DNA of 64,000 nt, from positions 32,001-96,000 of the forward strand of contig CAWFOM010000010.1 of NCBI GenBank assembly GCA_963817385.1, read 5' to 3'. Below the pieces are notes generated by a model. The model was not told the origin of the DNA. It worked only from the letters and a program-made list of their open reading frames with translations, and ran no database searches. The stretch is from an uncultured delta proteobacterium (lineage in GTDB: Bacteria > Desulfobacterota > Syntrophia > Syntrophales > UBA5619). Made by a program: the position numbers and the translations under genes. Below are positions 29,191 to 39,696 of this stretch, piece after piece (within the stretch, counting starts at the first letter, position 1; the number at the start of each line of letters is the position of its first letter).

Positions 29191-30450
29191 ATGCGCATCC
29201 TGATCATCCACCAGAACTTTCCCGGTCAGTTCCGTCACGTAGCCCGTGACTGGTCCGGCCTTCCCGGCTGGGAGGTCGTCGGCCTCGGCCATGAAACCGC
29301 TCCGGGGATGCCGCAGGTACGCTGGTTCACATACCGGCTGCACCGCACGCCGCTGAAAGGGCAGCACCATTATCTGCGTCAGATGGAACGTGCCGTCCTC
29401 CACGGCCAAGCAGTGGCAAGGGCTCTTCTCAGGCTTCGTGAGCGCGGCTTCAGACCGGACGTCATCCTCGCCCATCCGGGTTGGGGCGAGACGCTCTACA
29501 CCAAAGACGTCTTTTATGATGTTCGCCTCATCCACTTCTGCGAATGGTACTATTCGGCCGTCGGCGCGGACATCGGTTTCGACCCCGAATTTTCCGCCAA
29601 TTTCGATGACCGTGCCCGGGTGCGCACCTGGAACGCCCTCCATACCCTTAACCTCGAAACCTGCGATGCCGGCGTGAGTCCCACCGTCTGGCAAAAGACC
29701 CGCCATCCCGAAGTCTACCGAAACAAGATCGACGTCATCCACGAGGGGATCGACACGGGGAATCTCGGCCCCGATCCGGAAGCCGCCTTCACGATTCCCG
29801 GCGGCACAACTCTCAGGGCGGGGGATCCCGTTATCACCTATGTGGCCAGGAACCTCGAACCCTACCGCGGCTTCCACAGCTTCATGCGGGCGCTCGAAGT
29901 GATCCAGCGCCGGCACAAGGACTGCCATGCCCTCATCGTCGGCGGCGACGAGGTGAGCTACGGCCGGCGTCCCACTGACGCCCCTACCTGGCGGGAGAAG
30001 ATGCTGGGTGAAGTCAGTCTCGACCCCGCCCGTACCCACTTCCTCGGCAGAGTGCCCTACGACACCTATCGCACGGTGCTGCAAGTCTCGGCGGCCCATG
30101 TCTACCTCACCTATCCATTCGTCCTGTCCTGGTCCATGCTGGAGGCCATGGCGACGGGCTGCCTCGTGATCGGGTCGCGGACCGCGCCGGTGGAAGAGGT
30201 GCTGCGGGACGGTAAGAACGGACTATTGGTCGATTTCTTCGACAGGGAGGCGATTGCGGACCGGGTGATCGAGGCGCTGGAGGCGCCGGACGCATATGTA
30301 ACGTTACAGGAGCGAGCACGGGAGGAAATTACTGCACGGTTCAGCAGGCGGGCCGGGCTGGAGAGGTACCGGAAACTGGCCCAACCGTCCTTTAGGCCAC
30401 AGTTGGTGACTGACAAGGGAGTGCCAAGAGCAGAGGCTTTCAATGGCTGA
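29191..30450 (+). CDS. GT4 glycosyltransferase of the HQNFPGQF subfamily (commonly T1SS/RTX-associated)
   Basis: HQNFPGQF, AHPGWGE, RNLEPYRGF, YLTYPFVLSWSMLEAM. Confidence 0.88.
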   Translation: MRILIIHQNFPGQFRHVARDWSGLPGWEVVGLGHETAPGMPQVRWFTYRLHRTPLKGQHHYLRQMERAVLHGQAVARALLRLRERGFRPDVILAHPGWGETLYTKDVFYDVRLIHFCEWYYSAVGADIGFDPEFSANFDDRARVRTWNALHTLNLETCDAGVSPTVWQKTRHPEVYRNKIDVIHEGIDTGNLGPDPEAAFTIPGGTTLRAGDPVITYVARNLEPYRGFHSFMRALEVIQRRHKDCHALIVGGDEVSYGRRPTDAPTWREKMLGEVSLDPARTHFLGRVPYDTYRTVLQVSAAHVYLTYPFVLSWSMLEAMATGCLVIGSRTAPVEEVLRDGKNGLLVDFFDREAIADRVIEALEAPDAYVTLQERAREEITARFSRRAGLERYRKLAQPSFRPQLVTDKGVPRAEAFNG

Positions 30451-30610
30451 CAAAGGGACCGGGGAAGAATATGAGGAAAAGAGCGGAGCCATCGATATAT
30501 CTGCACCGAAAGCGACGCCAAATAGGGGTCTGAAGTTTTAGTAAGTGATTTCCTGGAGCGGTGCGATGGCAACAAAGCACTGATAAGCCGAATCGGAAAG
30601 GAGGCAATGC

Positions 30611-31762
30611 ATGGTCTATAGAGGGAAAGAAAGGCCCCATGTGCAGGGATCGGCATGGAGGAAGCGATGTCTCAACGCGGCTATGTTTGGCGTTACCGTG
30701 TCCATTTTTGTGATCTTGATTGTTTCGGTGTGGGGGTGTGCGACAGTGCTGACAAGAGAAATAAAAGACGAAATTTCACATCTCAGTTTTTCCCATGACG
30801 GGAAGAAGTTCCTTTTTGATCGTTGCCGGGCAGGGAATTGCCAGATCCAGGTGTACGATCTCGGGACTGGTGAACTTAGCGCCTATCAATCACCTGCCAA
30901 TGAACGGTGGACCATGGCCAAGCACTCCTATGACGGCAAGAAGATCGTCTTCGCAGTTATGCCCATGAGGGACGAACATCTCGAACTCGCGGACATGCAG
31001 ATTGCCGTGATGGACCCCGATGGGAAGAACCTCAAAAAGATAACAACCGGACAGGGAGCCAAGTTATATCCCGTCTTTTCCCATTCCGGGAAGAAGGTTC
31101 TCTACGCTCGCGCGGCATACATGAGAAAGAAAGGCGCAACCCCCGCCGCGCAGTACGACGCCTGGGAGGTTGACCTGGAAACAGGTGAACAAACGCAGTT
31201 GACCTATTTCAAATATTTTTACATGGCCTACCTTACCTACTTCCCCGACGACGAGCGGTTCATCTATTACGGAGAAATGCCGGAGGCATTCCCCGGCATC
31301 AAGGAAGGCGACAAGGAAGCCCTCAATAATAAATTTAGGGAATTGGCGAAGAAGGGAATAAGCCTTCATGCCACCGTGGTTATGAAGGGGAAGAAAATGA
31401 TACCGAGACTGTATGATTTTGATACCTATCCGCGAAAGCCCCTCTTAAGCCAAGACGGCTCTCGGCTGCTATTTGAAAAAGGCTTCTTAGGAACATTCTA
31501 CCTCTATTCCCCGGATGGCAATCACCGGCGCCTGGGGGGCGGAGGCTCTCTCAATTCCGCGGCCATCTCGCCGGACGGAGAGTTGTTAGGGGTAAATTAT
31601 GATAGTACAGTAAATATCTACTCGGTCAAAGACGGAAAGCTCAAAGTGCAGTTCTATATTCTTGCTGCGACGCGTATAGAAAATTGGGATGATAATAATC
31701 GCAAATACCCTCGGGAGCAGAAAATGATTCCTGAATTGCCGTCACGGATTTACAGCGAGTGA
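30611..31762 (+). CDS. TolB/PD40-like beta-propeller protein, probable lipoprotein; candidate immunity/partner of the downstream RTX protein
   Basis: Hydrophobic segment ending VWGC; about six blade motifs (SHDGKK, SYDGKK, SHSGKK, FPDDER, SQDGSR, SPDGEL); GGAGG RBS. Confidence 0.7.
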   Translation: MVYRGKERPHVQGSAWRKRCLNAAMFGVTVSIFVILIVSVWGCATVLTREIKDEISHLSFSHDGKKFLFDRCRAGNCQIQVYDLGTGELSAYQSPANERWTMAKHSYDGKKIVFAVMPMRDEHLELADMQIAVMDPDGKNLKKITTGQGAKLYPVFSHSGKKVLYARAAYMRKKGATPAAQYDAWEVDLETGEQTQLTYFKYFYMAYLTYFPDDERFIYYGEMPEAFPGIKEGDKEALNNKFRELAKKGISLHATVVMKGKKMIPRLYDFDTYPRKPLLSQDGSRLLFEKGFLGTFYLYSPDGNHRRLGGGGSLNSAAISPDGELLGVNYDSTVNIYSVKDGKLKVQFYILAATRIENWDDNNRKYPREQKMIPELPSRIYSE

Positions 31763-31861
31763 AACAAGGAACAAAAGATCACTTGACTACGTGAAAGATG
31801 AGAAGCAATAACGCGCAAATTATTGTATCAATATCAAATACTTTCAGAAAGGGGTATAACT

Positions 31862-34800
31862 ATGTCTACACGAGACTATACGGTTAATGACGTAACTTAC
31901 AAAATCGGCACCATCGGCTGGGAAGGCCCGAAAAACTTTTCACAACTTCCTGGCTCTACGCTTCCTACATACGGTTTATGGGCAGGTCCCGGATGGTCGG
32001 GTAATGAACGGCCCCTTACAAATGATACGATAAACTGGGCGACCGAACCCTGTAGGAATAGTCTTATCGAAGGGCAACCCAATCCGGATGAATATTTCAG
32101 CCTTCTTGACGTCGTATGCAGGGAGCACGACTGGAACTACTATCAGGCCGAGAAGAACGGCAATAATCGCGAAACGATTGCCGAGGCGGACAAAGAACTC
32201 CTGAAGGACATTGCGGCCGTGGCTGGGGCAACCAGTTATACGTCACCCCAGGGAGTCTACAAGGCAGACGGCACATGGGACACATGGACGTTCGCAGGAA
32301 CATTCGACAGTACAGAAGCATCTTATACCACCCTCCTTGTCCCTGCCTTTACCATCAAACTCGGCCTGTGGGATACACCCCTGTCGATTTTCTCTGAAGC
32401 TATAGAGGCGTTCAATACTATCTGGAGTATCGTCGGCACTCCTGAGACAACCTATGCCGATCCTTCGGATCCGTCAAAGAAGATCCAAGTGACAGATTCA
32501 AATGGCATTATTATATACGAAAGTGAGGAAGGTACAACAGATGTGGGCTGGTCTTTGGACCCAAGCGCCGAAAAAGCTTACAATGTCGCTACTATAGATT
32601 ACGGCGAAAACAGTGCAAGAGAGGAAGACACATTTATTTCTAACAGCGGAGGACTCTTTATCATCAATGGCGGCACAGGCGATGACAAGATCACAACCGG
32701 AGAAAACGAAATCAATGAAACACATTTCGAGATAGCCGGCGGTGGTGGCTATGACACGTATTATCTGACTGACGGCGACAGTTTTCTTCTTACCGACAGC
32801 GGTGCAAACAGAATATATAAAGAGGACGAAAGCGGCGGATGGTTAAGTGCTGGTAATTTCTATAAGGAGGCAGCAGATGTTGCATGGCGGTCAGCCGATG
32901 GGGGTGAACAGTTCTCTCAAGGCACCTCTTGGACGATAACCTTTGAAGATGAAAGCACCGTCGAACTCGGCGCGGACTTTCAATCCGGTGATTTCGGCAT
33001 CACCCTCCTCGAAATCCCCGATATTTCCACAATAACCAATATGATTGTGGGAACATCCGAGAATAATCTTTTGCAAGATACGGGCGGAAACGACCGCCTC
33101 ATGGGTTTGGAAGGCCGCGATAGGATATCTGCGGTTAATGGCGGCATGAATATTGTTGAAGGCGGTGCCGGGGCGGATATTATTGAAGCCGGACCGGGCG
33201 ATGATCAGATTTTCGGGGAAAGTTACGCTGATCGCGAAACCCTTATCGCGCAAGGCGAGACGGCCGGTGGTATCAATCAGCAGGGGGACCTGGAGGCAGG
33301 CGGCGCCGGAAACGATTTTATCTACGGAACGAACAGCAACGATCTCCTGGAAGGCGGCATGGGAAATGATCTGATTGTCGCCGGCGGCGGTGATGATGTG
33401 GTCGTCGAAGATGCGATTTTCGACGGCGCCACTGCTGATTGGTCCACCACGATTAACACCGTAATGCAAGACGACGGCTTTCCGTCATTCACATTGACCG
33501 GCAACGGAACGGGCTGGATAGTTAACCAGCCGGGTGCCGGAAACGATGTCATCTACACCGGTACGGGCAACGATTACGTCATCGCCGGTGGCGGCGATGA
33601 CGAGATTTATGCCGGAACGGACAATGACACCGTCTTTGGTGAAGGCGGGAACGATTTTATCGAAGGCGGCGCCGGAAACGATGTCTTGGGAGGCGACAAT
33701 GCCCCTGACTTTTTAGCATTTTCAGAGCATGGTAACGATTACATCGATGGGGGGGCAGGCGATGATAAAATCCGTGGCGGCGGCGGTTCCGATGAATTAT
33801 TCGGCGGCGACGGCAATGACTTAATTCATGGCGACTACAACTACCTGGAAGGCGCGGGGGATGATTACATCGACGGTGAAGCTGGTAATGACAGTCTCTA
33901 TGGCCTAGCCGGGGATGACGTCATCTTCGGCGGCGACGGAAACGATTTGCTCGATGGGGATTATGGTTCACTATACGACGGCGATGATTATCTCGACGGT
34001 GAGGCAGGTGACGACACGCTTTATGGTCAGGGCGGAAACGACATAGTCTTCGGTGGGGATGGGGTAGACCTCTTGTATGGCAATCTGGGCGATGACTACC
34101 TGGACGGCGGAGCCGGCAACGACACCCTCATAGGCGCCGAAGGCTCGGATGAGTTGTATGGAGGGGATGGCAATGACGGTTTGGCCGGGGATGCGGCGAA
34201 TGTGGACGTCAGCGCCCAGGGAGATGATTATCTCGACGGCGGCGCGGGAAACGATAGCTTAATCGGATACGCAGGCAATGACACCCTCGACGGCGGTGCG
34301 GACAACGACCACCTGTGGGGCGGCACCGGCGACGATGAATTGTACGGCAGTGAGGGCAGCGACACGATCACGGGCGACGATGGAGACGGTACGTCATCAG
34401 GCGCCGACTACCTTGATGGTGGTGCCGGCGACGACAATCTTTATGGGGAAGGCGGAAACGATACGATCTTCGGTGGCGACGGTAATGACCAGATCGACGG
34501 CGATAATGGCCTTGTCGGCGCAGGGGATGACTATATCGACGGGGAAGCGGGAGCCGACATCCTCGTCGGTGGTGCGGGCAATGACACGATCTACGGCGGA
34601 GACGATAACGACCAGATCGATGTCGGCACAGGGAATAACTACATCGATGGTGGTATCGGAGACGATATTATCGTAGCCGCGGATGGTAATGACGCAATCT
34701 ATGGGAGCGACGGAGCGGATCAGATCTGGAGTGGCGCCGGTAACGATACCCTGAGCGGCGGCGCGGGCAACGATTCGTTGACAGGTGCAACGGGCAACGA

Positions 34801-37800
34801 CACCTACCTCTTTGGACGGGGATCGGGCCAGGATACGATCTATGACCAGGATGCAACAGTGGGCAATATCGATACGATCCTCTTCGACAGCGACATTCTC
34901 CCAGCGGATGTCGTCATCAGGAAATCTGGCGCTCATTTGGTTATTTCCATCACCGGGACGACGGACACACTGGTGGTATATAATGGTTTTGAGGTAACGG
35001 GGGCCTACCAGGTCGAACAGATCCAATTTGCAGACGCGACAACCTGGGATATGGCGGCCATCAAAAATATCGCCGTCCAGGGGACGGAGGGTAATGACGT
35101 CATCTACGGGTTTAACACCCCCGACGCGATGAACGGTAATGGTGGCAACGACGTTCTCTACGGATATGACGGTAATGACACACTCGATGGTGGAGCAGGT
35201 GATGATTACTATATGAGAGGGGGAGGGGGAGACGATCTAATCTATGGTGGCATTGGAAATGATAGCCTTTACGGCGATGAGGGCAACAATTCGATGTTCG
35301 GCGGTGAAGGCGACGATCAACTATTCGCCGGTAATTCTAGCGGTAATGACATGCTTGACGGAGGACCGGGAAACGATTCGTTGATTGGCGACGGTGGGTT
35401 CGACACGCTCATCGGTGGGGATGGCAATGACGTACTGTCTGCATACGATGACCCGACAACGATGATGGGTGGCCTCGGAGATGACCAATACTCGACTACG
35501 AACAACATCGATGTCATTATTATTGAATATGCTAACGAGGGCCATGATATCGTTATTAGTATTGCAGACAACTATACCTTACCCGCCAACATAGAGGATC
35601 TCCAACTTTATACATATGGTGGTATCAACGGAACCGGCAATGATCTGGATAATATCATTACAGGTAACTATTGCGATAATTACCTATCGGGCGGAGCCGG
35701 CAACGACACTCTTGATGGCATGGATGGACAAGACACGTTGGACGGGGGCACGGGAAATGATTATCTTACCAGCACAGATTCTAACTGGTCTGAGTATTGG
35801 GGGGCTGACACCTTTATGTTCGGGCGTGGTTATGACCAGGATGTAATTTCTAATCATAACGTAGGGGCAAATCAAGATGTGGTTCTGCTCGGAAACGACA
35901 TACTGCCTTCCGATATCAGACTCACAAAGGAAGGTGATAATCTTGTTCTATCAATTATCGGAACCACAGACACGCTCACAATTGTAGATTGGTTCAGCTA
36001 CACTGCATCCCAAGTGCAACAAATACAGTTTGCCGACAGCACGGTATGGGACACGGATTATATCGAGCTAAATGCAATACCAGTAGGAACAGAAGGAAAT
36101 GATTTCTTGGTCGGCACCTCCGGTTCGGATATATTGGAAGGTCTCGGCGGCAATGATCAGCTATATGGCTTTGATGGCGATGATACCCTGAACGGAGGCA
36201 CAGGGGAAGATGGGATGTATGGCGGTTTAGGGAACGACATCTACATAGTGGATAACACATATGATTATGTGGCGGAGAACATCGACGAAGGGACGGACAC
36301 GGTGCAGAGTTCCATCACGTATACTTTGGGTGCGAACGTTGAAAACCTCACCCTGACAGGAACCTCCTCCATTAACGGTACGGGCAATACATTGGCCAAT
36401 GTGCTGACGGGCAACAGCGCTGCCAATACCCTATCCGGCGGCACGGGAGCGGATACGATGATCGGCGGTGCAGGAGACGACACATACATCGTGGATAACA
36501 CGAGCGATGTCGTTACGGAAAACGCGAACGAAGGTACTGACATGGTCCAAAGCGCTGCGACCTTCACCCTGACCAATAATGTTGAAAACCTCACCCTTGG
36601 TGGGTCGTCTGCTATAAGCGGCACCGGCAATACGTTGGATAATATCTTGATTGGAAATACGGCTGCCAATACGCTCACCGGTGGGGCAGGAAATGATACG
36701 CTTAACGGCGGCGCCGGCAGGGACACGATGAGAGGGGGTGCTGGGAACGACACGTACATCGTAGACAATACGAGCGATGTCGTTACGGAAAACGCGAGCG
36801 AAGGGACAGACACCATCCAGAGTACCGTCACCTACACATTGGGGAGCAATGTCGAAGACCTCACCCTGACAGGAGCCTCTGCCATTAACGGCACGGGCAA
36901 TACGCTGGCCAACATTCTAACGGGTAACAGCGCTGCCAATACCCTCTCCGGCGGCGCGGGAGCGGATACGATGATCGGCGGCGCTGGAAATGACACATAC
37001 ATTGTGGACAACACGGGCGATGTTGTGACGGAGAATGCCGGTGAGGGAACGGACGCGGTACAGAGTTCCGTCACCTACACACTGGGCTCAAATGTGGAAA
37101 ATCTCACTTTGACGGGAACCACAGCCATCAACGGTACGGGAAACACCCTGGACAATATCCTGACCGGAAATTCGGCGGCCAATACACTGACTGGTGACGC
37201 CGGGAACGATACGCTCAATGGGGGCGCAGGCAACGATACGATGCGCGGCGGTGCGGGCAATGACACGTATGTCGTGGCCAACACGGGCGACGTGGTGACC
37301 GAGAACGCGAGCGAAGGGACGGATACGGTCCAAAGCAGCATCACCTATACAGTGGGATCGAATGTGGAGAACCTGACACTGACGGGGACCTCCGCCATCA
37401 ACGCCACCGGAAACACCTTGGACAATGTCCTGACCGGAAATTCAGCCGCCAATACGCTGACCGGTGACGCCGGGAACGATACGCTCGACGGAGGTACAGG
37501 CAATGACACCATGCGCGGCGGTGCGGGCAATGACACGTATGTCGTGGCCAACACCGGCGACGTGGTAACAGAGAATGCGAACGAAGGAACGGATACGGTC
37601 CAAAGCAGCATCACCTATACAGTGGGATCGAATGTGGAGAACCTGACGCTGACAGGGACCTCCGCCATCAACGGTACAGGCAATACCCTCGACAATGCAT
37701 TGATCGGAAATGGGGTGGTAAATACCCTGACAGGCGACGCTGGGAACGATACCCTGGATGGCGGTGCGGGCAACGATTCCCTGGTCGGCGGTACGGGAAG

Positions 37801-38188
37801 CGACACCTATCTTTTCCGCCGGGCCGATGGAATGGATACGATCAGCGATTACAGCACCCAGGAGGGCGACAGCGACACGGTGAGGATGACGGATGGGATT
37901 CAGACATCCGAGCCGGTTATCGTGAAACAGGACAACGATCTTTATTTCTTCATCGATGTCAATAATTATATGAAGGTCGCCAGCCAATTCCAGAGCTCGA
38001 GCTACGGCGTCGAACGCCTGGAAGTAACGGATGGCCACTACATCACCCGCCAGGACATCGAGAATATCATCAACACGATGAGCAGCATCAATAATGATCC
38101 GGGTATGGACGTCATCCAGAAGTTCAACGCCATGCAGCAGGACCAGACCTATATCAGCACCCTGGCCTCGAGTTGGCATCAAGCCTAA
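31862..38188 (+). CDS. ~2108-aa RTX Ca2+-binding T1SS substrate with N-terminal phospholipase A2-like domain
   Basis: [11 protein letters not shown] loop and [12 protein letters not shown]...ADKELL; dozens of GGxGxD nonapeptides; two HCBP-related-like domains (..IQFAD.T.WD); no Sec signal; adjacent T1SS genes. Confidence 0.88.
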   Translation: MSTRDYTVNDVTYKIGTIGWEGPKNFSQLPGSTLPTYGLWAGPGWSGNERPLTNDTINWATEPCRNSLIEGQPNPDEYFSLLDVVCREHDWNYYQAEKNGNNRETIAEADKELLKDIAAVAGATSYTSPQGVYKADGTWDTWTFAGTFDSTEASYTTLLVPAFTIKLGLWDTPLSIFSEAIEAFNTIWSIVGTPETTYADPSDPSKKIQVTDSNGIIIYESEEGTTDVGWSLDPSAEKAYNVATIDYGENSAREEDTFISNSGGLFIINGGTGDDKITTGENEINETHFEIAGGGGYDTYYLTDGDSFLLTDSGANRIYKEDESGGWLSAGNFYKEAADVAWRSADGGEQFSQGTSWTITFEDESTVELGADFQSGDFGITLLEIPDISTITNMIVGTSENNLLQDTGGNDRLMGLEGRDRISAVNGGMNIVEGGAGADIIEAGPGDDQIFGESYADRETLIAQGETAGGINQQGDLEAGGAGNDFIYGTNSNDLLEGGMGNDLIVAGGGDDVVVEDAIFDGATADWSTTINTVMQDDGFPSFTLTGNGTGWIVNQPGAGNDVIYTGTGNDYVIAGGGDDEIYAGTDNDTVFGEGGNDFIEGGAGNDVLGGDNAPDFLAFSEHGNDYIDGGAGDDKIRGGGGSDELFGGDGNDLIHGDYNYLEGAGDDYIDGEAGNDSLYGLAGDDVIFGGDGNDLLDGDYGSLYDGDDYLDGEAGDDTLYGQGGNDIVFGGDGVDLLYGNLGDDYLDGGAGNDTLIGAEGSDELYGGDGNDGLAGDAANVDVSAQGDDYLDGGAGNDSLIGYAGNDTLDGGADNDHLWGGTGDDELYGSEGSDTITGDDGDGTSSGADYLDGGAGDDNLYGEGGNDTIFGGDGNDQIDGDNGLVGAGDDYIDGEAGADILVGGAGNDTIYGGDDNDQIDVGTGNNYIDGGIGDDIIVAADGNDAIYGSDGADQIWSGAGNDTLSGGAGNDSLTGATGNDTYLFGRGSGQDTIYDQDATVGNIDTILFDSDILPADVVIRKSGAHLVISITGTTDTLVVYNGFEVTGAYQVEQIQFADATTWDMAAIKNIAVQGTEGNDVIYGFNTPDAMNGNGGNDVLYGYDGNDTLDGGAGDDYYMRGGGGDDLIYGGIGNDSLYGDEGNNSMFGGEGDDQLFAGNSSGNDMLDGGPGNDSLIGDGGFDTLIGGDGNDVLSAYDDPTTMMGGLGDDQYSTTNNIDVIIIEYANEGHDIVISIADNYTLPANIEDLQLYTYGGINGTGNDLDNIITGNYCDNYLSGGAGNDTLDGMDGQDTLDGGTGNDYLTSTDSNWSEYWGADTFMFGRGYDQDVISNHNVGANQDVVLLGNDILPSDIRLTKEGDNLVLSIIGTTDTLTIVDWFSYTASQVQQIQFADSTVWDTDYIELNAIPVGTEGNDFLVGTSGSDILEGLGGNDQLYGFDGDDTLNGGTGEDGMYGGLGNDIYIVDNTYDYVAENIDEGTDTVQSSITYTLGANVENLTLTGTSSINGTGNTLANVLTGNSAANTLSGGTGADTMIGGAGDDTYIVDNTSDVVTENANEGTDMVQSAATFTLTNNVENLTLGGSSAISGTGNTLDNILIGNTAANTLTGGAGNDTLNGGAGRDTMRGGAGNDTYIVDNTSDVVTENASEGTDTIQSTVTYTLGSNVEDLTLTGASAINGTGNTLANILTGNSAANTLSGGAGADTMIGGAGNDTYIVDNTGDVVTENAGEGTDAVQSSVTYTLGSNVENLTLTGTTAINGTGNTLDNILTGNSAANTLTGDAGNDTLNGGAGNDTMRGGAGNDTYVVANTGDVVTENASEGTDTVQSSITYTVGSNVENLTLTGTSAINATGNTLDNVLTGNSAANTLTGDAGNDTLDGGTGNDTMRGGAGNDTYVVANTGDVVTENANEGTDTVQSSITYTVGSNVENLTLTGTSAINGTGNTLDNALIGNGVVNTLTGDAGNDTLDGGAGNDSLVGGTGSDTYLFRRADGMDTISDYSTQEGDSDTVRMTDGIQTSEPVIVKQDNDLYFFIDVNNYMKVASQFQSSSYGVERLEVTDGHYITRQDIENIINTMSSINNDPGMDVIQKFNAMQQDQTYISTLASSWHQA
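36200..37810 (+). repeat. About six tandem 243-270 bp intragenic repeats in the RTX gene
   Basis: Unit [10 protein letters not shown](L/V)[35 protein letters not shown]...; antisense ORF spacing of 243, 270 and 270 bp shows the period. Confidence 0.9.
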
Positions 38189-38197
38189 GGCAAGTAG

Positions 38198-38237
38198 CCC
38201 TCACCCCAATCCTCTCCCGTCAAGGGAGAGGATTGGG
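38198..38237. repeat. REP-like palindrome (CCCTCACCC..CCTCTCCC..GGGAGAGG type) between RTX and TolC genes
   Basis: Perfect 14-bp stem CCCAATCCTCTCCC-gtcaa-GGGAGAGGATTGGG preceded by CCCTCAC. Confidence 0.7.
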
Positions 38238-38292
38238 CGGGGGTGCCTCCAATAAAGGGAAAGAGAATGATAATGCAACTGTCTGGAGATTC

Positions 38293-39696
38293 ATGATCAA
38301 ACTCCGCGTGACATCATATCGGGATGCATTCCATAGATGCCGCTGCAATCGCTTCATCACGCTGTTGGTTCTCATCTTGATACTTACGCTTGCCTCGTCC
38401 TCCTGGGCGGAGACCATTTCCTATAAAGGCGTGGTCCGGGACGCCCTGCAGCATTCCGCCCGGATTCGGGTAAAAGCGGAGGACATCCAGATCTCCGACG
38501 CCGTCTACCGCCAGAACTATGCCGGCCTGTATCCGGAAATCACCGCCGTCAGCCGCTTCGAAAAGCACGAAAACCTGGACAACCGGGGAACCGGGATCGA
38601 CACTATCAACGGGGAGGTGGTCGGCGGTGATCAGAGCGCCTGGCGGTCCAGCGCTTACCTTCTGGGGCAGTACACCTTTTCCCAGTGGTACAAAAAGCGC
38701 TACGAGATCGATTATTACGAGCGGCTGCGGGATGTTCGGGTCTACGAACTGGACATCGAGGCCAAGAAAATCATCAAGGAGATAACGGAGGTTTTCGGCG
38801 CTTTGGCCGAGGGCGGGATCAAACTACGCTATAGCGTGGACATATTGAAGCGCCTGCAAGAGGTCCTATATCTGAAGATGCAGGCCAATGCCCTTGGCCA
38901 TGCCTCTTATGAGGAGGTCCTGAAGCTGGAAGCGGACATCGCAGCTTTGGAAAAGGAAACGGGAACGATCCGGAAGGAGTTTAAGGAAAACCTTGAGCGG
39001 CTCTACAGCTATACGGGCAAGCACTATAGCGAAGGGTCCAGTATTGAGTTTCTGGCCGCTGCCGATCTGGAGCAGCGGCCAGATTATACCCGGCTCATCG
39101 AGGAAACACCTGAATACAAAGCCAAGCTAAAAGAGTTGGAGGCCATCAGATTCAAGAGCAAAGCAGTGTCGAATAACTTATTGCCCGATGTCTCTCTTTA
39201 CGGCCGGTACGATTTTTACGGCGCGAACCCGGACAGCCTGGACAGCGCTGTCCGGGATTTCCGGCAGACGGCCTACTCGGTGGGCGTCATGATCAGTCTT
39301 CCTCTTTTCGACGGCGGCGTGAGAGAGTGGGACCGAAAGCGAAACCTCCTGGAGATCAGAAAGCAGGACGAAACCATCAAGGCGCTTGCGGAGGAGAAAA
39401 GCCGGGATATCCGGACGCTTCACGCGGGCTACCATGAGCTTCAAAAATCCTTTGTCCATTACCGGAAACTGGCCGAGCAGTATGGGAAGATGCTCGATAT
39501 CACGAGGAAGGCCCAGGGCCTCGGAGAAAGAAGCCTTATGGACATCAGGGAGCTGGAGAAAGACGCTCTTACAGTGGAGCGGGACTGGAAGGCGACGGAG
39601 CAAACCCTGGCCGTCTATGAGAGGCGGATCATGCTGGAAACGGATTATACAAAATTTATAAGTGAGCACAATGGAGACTGGTCTTATCAGCATTGA
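38293..39696 (+). CDS. TolC-family outer membrane channel of the T1SS
   Basis: Signal-like hydrophobic segment, LYPEI, LLPDVSL, SLPLFDGG, long helical regions; start approximate. Confidence 0.82.
   Translation: MIKLRVTSYRDAFHRCRCNRFITLLVLILILTLASSSWAETISYKGVVRDALQHSARIRVKAEDIQISDAVYRQNYAGLYPEITAVSRFEKHENLDNRGTGIDTINGEVVGGDQSAWRSSAYLLGQYTFSQWYKKRYEIDYYERLRDVRVYELDIEAKKIIKEITEVFGALAEGGIKLRYSVDILKRLQEVLYLKMQANALGHASYEEVLKLEADIAALEKETGTIRKEFKENLERLYSYTGKHYSEGSSIEFLAAADLEQRPDYTRLIEETPEYKAKLKELEAIRFKSKAVSNNLLPDVSLYGRYDFYGANPDSLDSAVRDFRQTAYSVGVMISLPLFDGGVREWDRKRNLLEIRKQDETIKALAEEKSRDIRTLHAGYHELQKSFVHYRKLAEQYGKMLDITRKAQGLGERSLMDIRELEKDALTVERDWKATEQTLAVYERRIMLETDYTKFISEHNGDWSYQH

Noticed and set aside
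32450..32480. Asp-Pro sites (ADPSDP) as an FrpC-type self-processing module
   Set aside because: The DPLxLDLDGDG-type motif that starts that module is absent
36200..37810. Tandem repeats as a CRISPR array or diversity-generating template
   Set aside because: They are in-frame 243-270 bp coding repeats without unique spacers; no cas or reverse transcriptase genes in the window
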